A stretch of 64,000 nucleotides of DNA. It comes from Camelus ferus. Taxonomy: Eukaryota. Position numbers and translations under genes: made by a program. A model generated the notes under the pieces. The model was not told the origin of the DNA. It saw only the letters and a list, made by a program, of their open reading frames with translations, and made no database searches. Positions within the stretch are counted from its first letter, which is position 1, and each line of letters starts with the position of its first letter. The stretch spans positions 23,436,001 to 23,500,000 of the forward strand of contig NC_045724.1 in the NCBI RefSeq assembly GCF_009834535.1. Reading direction: 5' to 3'. Of this stretch, positions 13,690-25,850 are shown piece after piece.

Positions 13690-14780
13690 TCTTTTTTAAA
13701 TTGTGATAATAAACACATAACATGAAATGTACATTGTAATCACTTTTAAATGTACATTTTGATAATGTTAAGTACATTCATACTGTTGTTGAACTGATGT
13801 CTAGAATTTTTCATCTTCCCAAACTGAAATTCTGTATTCATTAATCAACAATTTCCCATGTCTGCCTTCCCCCAGACACTGGCAAACACAAATCTACTTT
13901 CTATTTCTGTGAGTTTGATTACTTTAGATACCCAGTGCAAGTGGAATCCTGCAGTGTTTGTCTTTCTGTTACTGGCAGTTTCTACTTAGTGTAACGTCCT
14001 TAAGGTTCATCTATGTTGTAACATGTGTCAAAATGCCTCTCCTTTTTCAGGGTCAAATAGTATTCCATTATATGTATATACCACATCTGTTGGTGACACT
14101 TGATTTGCTGCCACCTTTTGGCTATTAGGAACAATGCTGCTCTGATATGGGTGTACAAATATCCATTCTAATTCCTACTTTCAATTCTTTGGCTATGTAC
14201 CCAGAAATGGAATTGCTAGGTCCTACGGTAATTCTATGCCTAGTTTTTTGAGGAGTTGCCATATGTTTTCCATGGTAGCAGTACCATTTTATATTCTCAC
14301 CAGCAGTGTGCAGAGGTTCTAATTTCTCCACATCCTTGCCAACACTTGCTATTTTCTGTTATTTTTTAATGTAATGGCCATCCTCATNNNNNNNNNNNNN
14401 NNNNNNNNNNNNNNNNNNNNNNNNNNNNNNNNNNNNNNNNNNNNNNNNNNNNNNNNNNNNNNNNNNNNNNNNNNNNNNNNNNNNNNNNNNNNNNNNNNNN
14501 NNNNNNNNNNNNNNNNNNNNNNNNNNNNNNNTGTTTGGTTTTTCTTTTTGAGTTGTAGGAGTTCTTTATATATTCTGAATATTAACTCCTTACCGGATAC
14601 ATGCTTCACAAATATTCTCTCTCATTCAGTGGGTTGCCTTTTCATTCTGTTGTTTGTGTCGTCTAATGCACAGAAGTTTTAAATTTTGGTATAGTCCAGT
14701 TTATCTATTTTTGTTGTTGTTACCTGTCCTTTTGTTGTCGTTCATACACAAGAAATCATTGCCAAATCCAACGTCACGAT
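13690..14780 (-). mobile_element. L1M (L1MB-like) ORF2 3' end plus 3' UTR, interrupted by an N gap
   Basis: The minus-strand ORFs EKLEPLHTAGENIKWY... and KELIFRIYKELLQLKKK match the L1 ORF2p C-terminus as recalled. Typical antisense L1 text (ggaattgctaggtc..ggtaattctatg, ttctccacatccttgccaacacttgc) is present. Confidence 0.9.
14388..14531. other. Assembly gap (144 N) inside an L1
   Basis: N run. Confidence 0.99.
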
Positions 14781-15465
14781 GCTGTTGCCTATCATCATGA
14801 AATTTTTGCATTAATGTTTAGTTTTTAATATTGAATTAAAATATTACTTATCTTGACTACTCAGTCCTTTAGCACTCTTTCAAGTTTTTCCCCTGAGGCA
14901 AACTGGCCTCACCCTTGTACCAGCCCTGAATTTCAGGGACGTGTGGAATGAACCAAGTCATTCATTTCCACTGAAGGCAATCTTTCAACGGATGGGCCAG
15001 ATTGCTTCCATGTGCACTTTGCAAATAGACCCAAGTGGAGAATTTGTGAAATTTATTCACTGCATCTGATCCTGAATGTAGCATGGGCCTTTTATGTAGC
15101 AATTTTTACAGATGAACCTCTACAGGAGAAAAGGGAGATGATTATTTCACTGGAGAATAAACTAAAAGGCAAATACCAAAAGAAAGAAAAAGAAGAAAGG
15201 GACACTGAGAAAAAGATCACCAAAATGGATTTGGATTTCCAAGGGGGCTGGCTTACCTGTTCTCATTCACTGGACATTTATTTGTATGGTGTGCTACATA
15301 TGTTGAGTGATTGACTTTTAACTACCAACCTTGATGTATGTAGAACCAGTGGGATCATGATTTCACTTCTACACATGGAGAATTTGGGGCTCAGAAAGTT
15401 TGTCTGCTTTGTCAGAGTTTTGTGGCATTTCGGTCGGAGCCTAGAGGCTTTCACTCTGTTCATGT

Positions 15466-15652
15466 CAGTGGTTCTCAAAGTGTGGTTCCTGGACCAGAGA
15501 CATCATCCTCACCTGAGAACTTGTCAGAGACTCAAATTCTCAGGCCCTCTTCATGACCTACTGACTCAGAAACTGGGGGGGTGGGGGTCGAGTAGTTTCT
15601 GTTTTAACAAGCCCTGTAAGGAATTCTCTGCACAACATGTATGGGAACCAGA
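15466..15652 (+). mobile_element. MER5A (hAT-Charlie MITE)
   Basis: cagtggttctcaaagtgtggttcctggaccag ... gacctactgactcagaaact ... tgttttaacaagccct. Confidence 0.88.
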
Positions 15653-15779
15653 CAGCCGTGTGTGTACAGACACTGAACTAGACGACAGTCCACAGCCTCT
15701 GCTCTCAGGGACCTTCCAAGCCAGTAGATGAAGTAAGATGCATGGCACTGATGTTTCTGGCAGACTGTGGCATCCGTGT

Positions 15780-16750
15780 AAGAGAAATGCTAGTGGAGAC
15801 TTTTCTGATTCAGAGGAGGGATAACTGCCACTGGTTTGAGGATCAGGGATAGCTCTAAAAGAAGGACAGTTGAAGCTGGATGTTTGGAGATATAGGATGA
15901 CGTCCCAGACAGAAGAGCCACATGAATAATTGCGGCTGGTAGGGGGCGGGGAGCTCGGAGGGCGTGGGGAGCAGCTCCGATTGGCAGCGGTTCCAGCTTT
16001 CTTGTGCTGAGAGCAGATGGCAGAAGCTCTGGCTATCGGAATAAGAAGACTTTATTTTATTCAGTTGGCAGTGAGGAGCCAGGGCATATTTTGAGCCGGG
16101 GAGAACTGTGTTCAGAGCTGTAATTTAAAAAAATTATTTTCAGAATTATATGGATGGAATGCAGTAGCAGAAGCCTGGGTAATGGAAGGTCAGTTAGAAG
16201 ACTGTGGCAGCAGTCTGGACTGGAGGTGACAGAAGCAAAGGTTAGGACTGAAGCAGTGGGATGGGTGTTTGAGTTGTATCGTCGGCAGGACTAGGGATAC
16301 AGGGGAGAGAGAAGTATCCAAAATCTATTTAAATGATGAGACTCATTGACTAAGGAGCATGAGATGGACCTTTAATAAAAACAGAGGAACAGTTTTAGAA
16401 GAAGAGTTGAACTTGAACACAGTGTGGGATGCTGATAGGTTTCTATGACGCTGGCCAGCAGGGAGGAAAAGTGAAAAGTTGGATGGAGACAGAGGAATCA
16501 TTCTTGAAAAGATATCTGAGAATCCATAGGGTTGGGGAGCCATCCCCTTTGTGGGCATTCAAGAGGAAGGAGCGGGGCGTGGGGGCAGAGAAGAGGCTTT
16601 TGGGGAGATCAGCATGTCAAGAGGGAGGGCAGGACTGGTTGTCAGTTCTGAACCAGAGAAAGAGAATGAGAAGCACAGAGTAAGGAGTGCACATGCCAGC
16701 ACCAGCCTTCAGGGGGTCAAGAGACAAGTGAATAAGTGGTTAGAAAAAGC
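15780..16750 (-). mobile_element. Degenerate L2 (LINE2) body, antisense
   Basis: Purine-rich text typical of antisense L2: agactttattttattcagttggcagtgaggagccagggcatattttgagccgggga; ggtcagttagaagactgtggcagcagtctggactggaggtgacag; gagttgaacttgaacacagtgtggg. Confidence 0.65.
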
Positions 16751-16929
16751 CTGCTGCAAGCCTACCAAGGTATTTTGAGACGGTTTATGATAATTTACAG
16801 AGTTGTCCAGCTTTAGAACATTTCATCATCTCTGAGGATCTTTTGTTAAGTGATTTAAGATCTCTAAATCAATCTTAACTGTGAGATTACTATAAGGAAA
16901 ATAGCTACATATCCTCAGGCTTACTGTGA

Positions 16930-17120
16930 TCAGAGCTCGATTTTAAGCAGTTTATTTGAACAGACTCATTGAATCCTCAAGGTGACCCATGAGATAGATG
17001 CTCTCATGTCTACCATGTCCCCATTTTACAGACAGAAAAACTGAGGCATTGGTCCCATATACAGTAAAAGGCAGAGCCAGCATTAGAACTCAAGCATGCT
17101 GGTTCCAAAGCTGTTGATCT
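16930..17120 (-). mobile_element. MIR SINE
   Basis: ctcattgaatcctcaa ... ccccattttacagacagaaaaactgaggca ... agagccagcattagaactcaagc. Confidence 0.75.
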
Positions 17121-18029
17121 TAGCTGCATTGCTTTTTAATCTACTTTTTAATACTGGTCATTTGAGAAGCAGGATAAAAATAGCCATAACTATCTACGTT
17201 CTTTCTCTGTTTCACTGCACATCACCAATATGCAGTGAGAAATTCAGCTTTCATACAAAAATATCCATTCATTTACATTCATACATTTATCCATATATTT
17301 CCCTTAAGTAGTTGATACTGGAGATACTGAAAAAATTGTGAGTAATTTTATATGGAACAGAAGGAAGTTGGAGTCTTGGCAGTTATCTGGTTAACAAAGT
17401 AGATCACTGAGACAAGAAAAATTCTGTTTGGTGGTGTGAAATATCTGGTACGGCTGCTGTCCACGTTCATCAAATTAATAGGATAATTGCCAATTCTCTA
17501 TTCTACTTTGTTCTGTATCAACGTAGCCTGAAACACAAATGGAAGTTTTTGCTCAAATGATATAAATTTAGTCACTTGCAAACATTCCTGGTCACTAACC
17601 TAGAAAGATGGTTGGGGATAGTTGGAAACGTTCCCAGAAATTCAGTTTGAGTATGGAACAGCACAAGAAGTCTAATTGTGGTATTGCCTCTTTATGAAAT
17701 CAACTGCTGACATTTTAATCCATGTAAAGTCCTGTATCTACTTACAGATAGTTCTGGAAAGATATCATGTCAAATGAGCAGAGCATTAAATGGGCATATC
17801 ATTTTCCATAACCCCTCCCTAATGTTAACTAAAGAAAAATCCAGTTCATTCTCAGCGCGGTAAAGACTGCACGTGGAAGTTTAGACAAGAGTTTATTTTT
17901 AGCGGTAGTGCTTTCGGGAAGTAGATAGAGACAGTACTGGCTGAAAAGAATCCTCTTAACTCTAATTGTATCGACAAAAATTCCTAAACAGATTTTTTAA
18001 AAGCCACCAATATTTGAACTGACTGTTGC

Positions 18030-18330
18030 TTCTGTGTAATACTGTAGTGGTGGGCACATAGCATTGTACATTTGTCCAAAACCATAAAGTGCACGGCACC
18101 GAGCGCGAACCCTACGTAAGCCGTGGACTTTGGGTGGGGATGGCGTGTCGGTGCAGGGCCCACGGCTGTAACAAGCGCGTACCGCTGTGGTGAGGGACGT
18201 CGGGAGTGGGGGCAGCTGTGCTCCTTTGGGGACCTGGCGGGGTGCGGGGGACAGGACTCTGCTCTTTGTACTCAGTTTTGCTGTGAACTTAAAGCTGCTC
18301 TATAAAGTAAAGTTCATTAATTCTAAAAAA
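18030..18330 (+). mobile_element. L1MC-type 3' UTR fragment
   Basis: Contains acatttgtccaaaaccata, gaaccctacgtaagccgtggactttgggtg and tcagttttgctgtgaacttaaagctgctcta, which match L1MC1-3 3' end motifs as recalled. The subfamily is uncertain. Confidence 0.8.
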
Positions 18331-18549
18331 GCTCAACGATATGCCATTTTAAAAAGCAAATCTATTATGTATACTTTCTGTCTGGGAGGGAACAGTGTTT
18401 AAATATTTATACACATTCGGGTAGTTGATTTCCTCTGAGATTACCCAAGTACTTTGCATCCATATGCTTCACCTCATTCATTAACCGGTTTGAAAAGTGG
18501 GCCCCAGCAGCAGAGTATCTACCATGTCAAGGTGTGAAAGAGAACCCTG

Positions 18550-18800
18550 ACCATCTCCTCCCAGAGTTCTGCCTAATGTCGATGTTTTTTTCTCTGAACA
18601 CTTCTAATGTGCTCTGTCTTCAGATTCCACTCAAACTGAGGTGGCTCTAGGCTGCTCTTTCTGACTTCCCGTTGTCCATTGGGAAGACCATCTACTTTGT
18701 GAATTGCCTGGGGCCATCTAAAATCCCATGTCGATGTCCCTTAGCTGCTCTGAACATCCCTGTGACACCTCCCTCAGTGCCCAACCATCACATTCTAAAT
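18550..18800 (+). mobile_element. L2 fragment
   Basis: ccatctcctcccagagttctgcc ... ttcagattccactcaaactgag ... cttcccgttgtccattgggaagaccatctac; weak resemblance. Confidence 0.45.
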
Positions 18801-19811
18801 GCATGAAACTCAAAACTATTAACCAGTTACGTCATGATTGGGGAGATACACATGTTGCCTAAAAAATACAGAATACTTTCCAAAGTCAGAGGACTTACTA
18901 ATTAATTTTAAATTACTTGCTCTTGCTTTTTTAGAAGACAATCTGGTCTTAGACTCTTCTTCCTTAGAAAAATTGAAGAGATGGCTTTATATTGTTTTAA
19001 AATATAACCGTATTCTAGGAAGATATGGTTTGATAGTGTCTGTCCTCTCTCTCCAGTATTACATACACATATTACATACGTATCTATCAAAGAATAATAT
19101 GTGTGCCTCCTTGATATCCAGGAAGACTGCTTGGAAAATAATGGATACTATGAATTAGATATAACTGCTTTTTGTTACTGAAAAAAAAAATCTGCCCTTA
19201 TTAGACAGACAATATCATGTGGGAATATTCATTGTGCTAGGAACACAGGGATGAAATTCCATTGTCATTTATAAAATTATTACTGCCATCTACTCCGAAT
19301 ATTAATAGTTTTAATGAAGATGCAACATCTTGCAAACAAATAATTAGTTTGGTCCATGAAAGGATAAATAGAATCCTAATTAACAAATCACTGATATTTC
19401 TTAGTGCTTTTAGATTTTAATTGTGGCAAGTGGCAGTTTTTATGTGTAGCTTGAAGAATTTATTTTGTTATTCTGGAGCTACCCAGAGTAATCGTTAACT
19501 CCAAAGTTTAAGGAATACAGAGTATGTTTATTTGGAAGAAATGGAATTGTAAGTGTGGGATGATGAGGGCTTTTTAATTCTTGTTTTGAACCCTGTACCA
19601 AAGCACCTGGAATAGTGCTATCAGCCCCATAAGAGTTGGGTACTTACATTGCATTGTACAAACTATTTAGGACATAACTAAATGATTTTTAAAAATTGAT
19701 GAATTGATTTAGTATTTGAGTTACCTTTATTACTTAAGCGAATCATTTCATAGTTGATCTTAACTCTCATGTCACAATTTGTCATGAAAAACACCAGAAC
19801 CTCAGACTCAA

Positions 19812-19995
19812 CCCATTTCTCACTAGCAGCACTGTTGACAGTGGGGCCGTATAATTCTTTTTTAGGGGGCCGTCCTGTGCAGTGCAGGACGTGCAGAGGC
19901 ATCCCTGGCCTCTACCCACTGGATGCCAGTAGCCCCCGTCAGTCATGATAGTCAAAAAGTGGGGAGACAGAATTGCCCCCAGCTGAGAGCTGCTC
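19812..19995 (+). mobile_element. MER20 (hAT-Charlie)
   Basis: gcactgttgaca..gggccgtataattcttt..ggggccgtcctgtgca ... gcatccctggcctctacccactggatgccagtagc; carries a small internal deletion near the 3' end. Confidence 0.88.
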
Positions 19996-20371
19996 ACACA
20001 GAAGATGCGGGCTGCATTCATTGTATGTCTGTCATGATATTATTAAATAGGATGAGCAAAGCTAAGGCCAAACAACTGAAAAAATAAAATCAAAACAAAA
20101 TATTGACTCCAGGAAGATCCAAGGAAATGCTAAATAACTGTCTAAATCATGGAATTGCTTAAACCACTTGGTGGCTATAGTTGGCATTACAGCAACCCTT
20201 CATTAAGTCACCCTCTCACCTTGAAGAACGTTTCAAAACAGTCTTCAGAGATTGCTCATGGGTGAAATGCATGGAGCCTCACAGGCTTTCTCCAAAATGC
20301 ATATCCACAAGCCTTTTCGTTTTTGAGAATCAGGGTGAAAACATACTGTTTTAAAAAGTACCATTTTAGCA

Positions 20372-20503
20372 GGGGAGGGTCTAGCTCAAGTGGTAGAGCA
20401 CATGCTTAGCATGCACGAGGTCCTGGGTCCAATCTACAGCACCTCCTCTAAAAATAAATAAATGGATAAACCAAATTACCCCCTCAAAAAAAAAAAACAC
20501 ACT
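20372..20503 (+). mobile_element. Camelid tRNA-Ala-derived SINE (Vic-1 family), full length with tail
   Basis: The head GGGGAGGGTCTAGCTCAAGTGGTAGAGCACATGCTTAGCATGCACGAGGTCCTGGGTCCAATC has A-box and B-box-like segments and a TT-AGC-AT anticodon-loop remnant. The tail is AAAAATAAATAAATGGATAAACCAAATTACCCCCTC plus poly-A. It is flanked by aaaaagtac(c/a)atttta duplications. Confidence 0.9.
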
Positions 20504-20520
20504 AAAAAGTACAATTTTAA

Positions 20521-20609
20521 GGGGATAGGGATAGCTCAGTGGTAGCGTTCATGCTTAGCATGCACAAGGTCCTGAGTTCAATCCCCAGCACCTCCATTAA
20601 AATACAACG
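20521..20609 (+). mobile_element. Second Vic-1-type SINE with a short tail
   Basis: GGGGATAGGGATAGCTCAGTGGTAGCGTTCATGCTTAGCATGCACAAGGTCCTGAGTTCAATCCCCAGCACCTCCATTAAAAT: the same family head and B box (GAGTTCAATCC). Confidence 0.88.
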
Positions 20610-23600
20610 AAAAGTACAGTTTTTAAAATTCTACATAAAAGTTCGAGTGTACACGTTTTGAGAAACTCCCATAGCTTTGGAACCACTAATACAAATGGAT
20701 TATTACAAATGCAGTTTCACTGCCTGAAAATAGTATACAGTAAGGGTATTATAAAATATGGACTTTAAATATTAGATGCAGGATATTTTCCAGTCCTGTG
20801 TCCCAAGAGCTTTGTTGCCTAAATTATGTGGGATGGGGAACAGACGCTATAAGAGAACTTTCGGAGGAAAGTCGTGGTCGCTCTGAAGAAAAGGCATTAT
20901 CATTCTGCTTTTAAAATAAAAATCTATCTTAGATCATTTGATCTTACTCTAAGGTTCAGTTTCCATCCTATTCTTACTTCAGTATGTGTTTAAATTATTT
21001 GTCTCAAGTTTAATGTCTCAAGTAATGTCGAAGGATTTCTTGGCGACAAGACTCATTAGATTTATCTCAAACGTGTACGTTCTGCTCAGAACTACTCAGA
21101 AAGCATTTCAAACAAGAAATCCTGAAGCTACTTAATCTAACATTAATGTTAACTTACTTAATGGTTATCAAAATATATTATGCCAGAATTTTTCATAGCA
21201 AATATGAAATGTGCAAAAGATATTAATAATGTAATGTTTCTTACAGAAAGTGAAATTACAGGTTACAGAGTAGTCGAGATTACATAATTTCTTTGATGTG
21301 AGCATTATAAGGAACATTAACTGATTAGTGAAACAGCTTAAGTATCTAACTAGGTTATGCAATTATTGGACTGGAACAAAAATTGCTATATATAGTTCCA
21401 TAAAATACAAAGAGCCATTGTCTCTTATGGATAATTTAATGCGTAAAGCTAATAAGGTATGGAAAGTAAAATCCTATAGGAGACCTAGATTATCCTGCTA
21501 CATATTTAATATTTAAGTATAACATTGCATTTTTCATGCCAAAAACTGCCTGAAATCTTTATTTTATGACAATAAATCTACCTGAGGCAATTTTAGTGAA
21601 TGTGATATGGTGTAGCTTACCATGACTGGGTAATACTTTCTCTGTGAATTAAGAGAAGATTCATTAAGCTTTGCATTTTCCGACAGTTTCTCCTGCGGTT
21701 TTGTGTGACAGTTTGTAACACTGCACCGTAATAGCTTCTTCCTTTCGTCATTGAAAATAACTTACGTAAAAGCCAAACATAAAAACACTTCAGGAGAAAA
21801 ACATTTTACACCGACACATGGTAAATAAATGTGCACGTCTGTAGAAAACATGCATGTACATGCTTACATGCACATACATACGTGATGCTCAACAAGGTTT
21901 TCGTTGATTTGGTAATTACACTGCTGTTTTCTTTTTTCCACTCCATTGCTTTTCTTTTACTTAATATTTAAGTTAGGACTCTGCACTTCTGTATTCAGTG
22001 ATAACAAAATAGTGTCTACACATCATTTTCCATATTAAAGGCCTCTTCGGAGGCTACTTTAGGGCGCATTTAGCCTGATTCTACACAACTTTCTGCCTAT
22101 TGATCTTTCCAGCTAATGATGAAAACAATCGAATGAACTTGCCGTAAGGGAGGCAGTGCCGTGGTTTCCAGACTAGCACAGGGATTGTATGTTCAGTGCT
22201 TTCCAACTCACAGGTGCTTTCGCATATCTCACTGAAGCTGAAATAATTACAAGAAGGAAGTATATTCTTACTCTCATTCCCCAGACCAACCTTCCAGGAG
22301 GTGTCAGAACCGAGGCTCCTAACTGGGTCTTCTTATTTCAAATCCACTCTGGGATGGAATCTCTCCTAGATTCTGCTATTCTGCCGTACCTGTGAGGGAA
22401 CCAGCGGCCCTGAATTACTCACAAGCGACGTGGGGGAAAGGGAGGAATGAATGGCACTCTGTCTGCCAATCCAGTCAGCTTTTCGTTAGTTTGCTGATAC
22501 AGATCTGGAGATGGTTCAGAGCACAGCGTGTTCACCAGCAGGTGGACGTCAGTGTGAAGAAATAAATCAGTGTGATCTGGAGCATCATGGGCACAGCCTG
22601 CTTGCCGGACCTGGACTTGTCTATTTGGTACCATGAAGATTTTCACTGTGACCTGAGCGCTCGTAAAATGAGCTTCTCAAATTATCCAAATTAGAGTGAC
22701 TGAAAAAACTTCAGTCCCAAGAGAACAGGAAGAAATGGAAAGTGAGTGTGATCTGGTTTACAGAAGCTTTTGCCCAGTGCCCATGGAGGATGAGTTACTG
22801 TCATGGGTGGAGACTGATTTGGGAATGAAAGCACATGGAATAAATGTAACTGCAGAATAACAGAATGGTGGGGTTCCTGAAACGCTCTAAAGGACGTGAA
22901 CACTGGCTGCCTCAAGGTTGTGGGGATTGAATGAGCGAATGCACTTGTGCCCCGACGTACACTAAGCATAGAAAAAGTACTGGTTGCTGCTGCACCATGG
23001 GTGCACAACGAGCATTTGTTGGATGAATGAATGATTACCACATTTTTATCTGGCAGCGTGTTGATTACCGTTGCGTTTTACTGTACCAGCAAGACCCTGC
23101 GAGATGGTCCACCCCTGATAGTACCACGCAGTGATATTCTCTCATTTTTTCGGCAAAAGAGCGTCATATGGTGCCATTCCAGAAAAAAAAACAAAGGAAA
23201 CCAGTCACTCCTCACCATGCAGCATAAGTAAGGCTTTGAGTGGAAGCAGGCATGCGGTTTCCAGCAACAAGACTTCCTGTTTCTGATCTGACATGTTTCT
23301 GGCACCATTTCATGCCACAGAAGGATGTTGTCAAAAGGGAGGATGAAGTATTGGGGAGAATGCGACCAACAAAAAAATTCCGATGGGAGTGGGAGAGTGA
23401 CCCGGGGGGGCAGTTGGAACTACTGTGAACGTGAAGACAGTAGGAAAAACTTAGGACTCGAAATGCCATAAAATACATGTGATGAACATGCCTTGGGAAG
23501 GACACACCTTGTGCAGGAAGCCTTAAGGTCAAGCAGGGCAAATTGTACCCTAATCTTCATAAAAAAAGTGTGGATAAGTCCGCAGAGAAAGGAGAAGCAA

Positions 23601-25719
23601 AAATAGATGCAACTGTATAGTGTTTGTAGATGTTAAAGAAGATTCAAACATTATTCTCCTCTTAATATAAATGATGGATTGAGTGACTTCTCAGGTCAGC
23701 AAAGACCTGAGAAGTCACCTCCTTTCCTAATGGACAGACTTAAACTAAGTGACTTGAAAGATTTAATCCATTTCTTTAAAATGTCATTGTGTTTTCATTT
23801 AGAAAACAGAAACTCTCTGGAACCCGAAGAAAAGAAATGTCAGGTATGACCTCAGAAAGGAAATGGTGTAGGTCTAAACGGAACTTTTTGTGTTGCTAAT
23901 TGGTCGGGTTCACCCCGAATGTACCGAAATATATTTATTTCAGCACCTGCCCTCCCATTAGGAGTTTTAATGACCAGAAGTCTATTCCTGTCGTGTTATT
24001 GTTACACTTAGTTTCAATGTTATTTTCTGAGTAATAATAATAGGGAAGTGAGACTCTCCGTTTTAATAATTCTGTACCTTCCTATTTGTATTTTTATTTG
24101 GTGCGACCACTTTTAATCTCACAATTATTCAGTAATTGCTCGTCCTCAAATTTTTTTTTTAAACTTTTCATCCCACTCAGTTGTCACCTAACCAGTGTAA
24201 CTTCTCTGTTAATCTTTTTCGACATCTGTCATTCAAGTCGCAGAACCTTTTCAGCGCTCTGAACTCCTAGCCTCTGACATGTTTCTTGTTTTGAGGTTCC
24301 CAGAACAGAGCATGCTCTTCCAGACCAAACCTGTATAAAAATATTCTCACCTTTTTGTCTGTGTGTCAGATCCTGAAAAATGTTCACTGTGCTTAAAAAG
24401 GAATACTAGAAATAAAAGTGCCAACCCCCAAAAGTAATGACTTTCATACTTTTCATTCCACATCCAGGCGGGATTTAGGTACCGTGGTAAATGAGGTGAG
24501 AGCTGATGTGATGTGGAAACAAGTGAGCGCAGGCAGGGATTGCCAGCAAGTCTGAATGTTCTTCTCAAATTGTCCTCTGAGGAGATGGATTCAGAAAATT
24601 TGTCTACGACATGACAAGTCAGAGGAATGTCCTGAACCAGTCATTTGAAACTACACTGAGCTTCAACGACATAGTACAGTTTTATAGCTTTTTTGCTTTG
24701 TAGACATTCAAAAATTACCTGGAAGTTCATTTCAAAAACAAGACTCCTACATGGAATCAGAAATCATCACTCCTGGTTTTCTGATAGCGAACCCCTTGTG
24801 GAGGCCTTTTAGTAAAACCCGGTGTCGAGTGTCACATGTGTTTTCATTTGGTTAACGTTATCTCCATTAACTGTGCCAGAATGGGCTTGGAGCGGGAGTT
24901 CAGCTTTTAGCCACACATGCTTTTCTTTCTTAAGTAATGTACAATGGAAGTGGATTTCTTTGTGTTTGGGAGTTTAGGGTTAATGAAGTTTTCTAGAAAC
25001 TTGCAATTTTTTTTTCCTTTCAAATGGGGTGATATTTTCATGATATCAGAAAAACTTAGTTCTTCTATTTATTACTATTTCATAAATTTGTTTCTGTCTC
25101 TGCATTGGAACTTAAAAGAGAATTAATCTCTCAATAATGTAATGAAAGCAGAATAAAGGTGGGATGAAATGTAACACTGCTGTTGGGAGCTGACACTTAG
25201 TCACCGAGGGCCATTCACTGGGCGTTGTCTTGGTCCAAGTGGCCCAGAAAGCAGGGTCTGTACTGAAAGGTAACGTGTTAATGCTGGGAGTGCAGGCCCA
25301 GGGGATCCAGAGTGAGGGAGCAAGGACCACGGCAGGGCGGCAGGAAGAACAAAACGCAAGGCGCTACTTCCAAGCTGCGGTAACGTTGCAACAAATCGTG
25401 GCTGGCTGTTGGGCTTAAGTGACTTCTTTACAGAAGCCGCAGGGATGGCTGGGGACGGTCCTCTCCAGCAGGCCATACTCCTCCACAGTCCTGGGGTATG
25501 CCATCAGCCCTTGTGCACAGACTCTGGGGAAGGCAGGACCTCTCTGGCTCTGGCCCAGGGACAGAGCCTCCTGAATTACATTGGGGCGGGCTTAGGGAAC
25601 CTCTAATTGTAGCTATGGAGACTCGAGCACTGTGGAAGTTATAGAATTAAAGGCCGGTGGCCAAGGCCTGAGGGTCAGGCAGACTGAGAAGATCTCGGGA
25701 ATATGTGATTGGATCCATC

Positions 25720-25850
25720 ACAGACAGGACTTAACTTTGGGTCTCAGTTTTGTCTTCTGTGAGATGGGAGTAATAGTATTCACCGTATGACAAGACTGTT
25801 CCAAAAATGAAATGGCTTAATAGATGTAATGTGCTTAGAAAGTGCCTGTA
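25720..25850 (+). mobile_element. MIR fragment
   Basis: tctcagttttgtcttctgtgagatgggagtaatagta ... aatagatgtaatgtgcttagaaagtgcctg. Confidence 0.7.

Noticed and set aside
14125-14682. ORFs with L1 ORF2-like peptides and poly-X
   Set aside because: Decayed L1 fragments. The ORF lengths are inflated by translation through N gaps, as also at 29227, 32014-32380 and 37841-38299.
20372-20600. Two tRNA-Ala(AGC)-like sequences
   Set aside because: They are SINE heads: divergent stems, family-specific tails, poly-A and target-site duplications. They are not tRNA genes.
20353-20625. Three similar short repeats separated by roughly 90-135-bp segments, superficially CRISPR-like
   Set aside because: The repeats are retrotransposon target-site duplications and the intervening segments are homologous SINEs in a mammalian genome.
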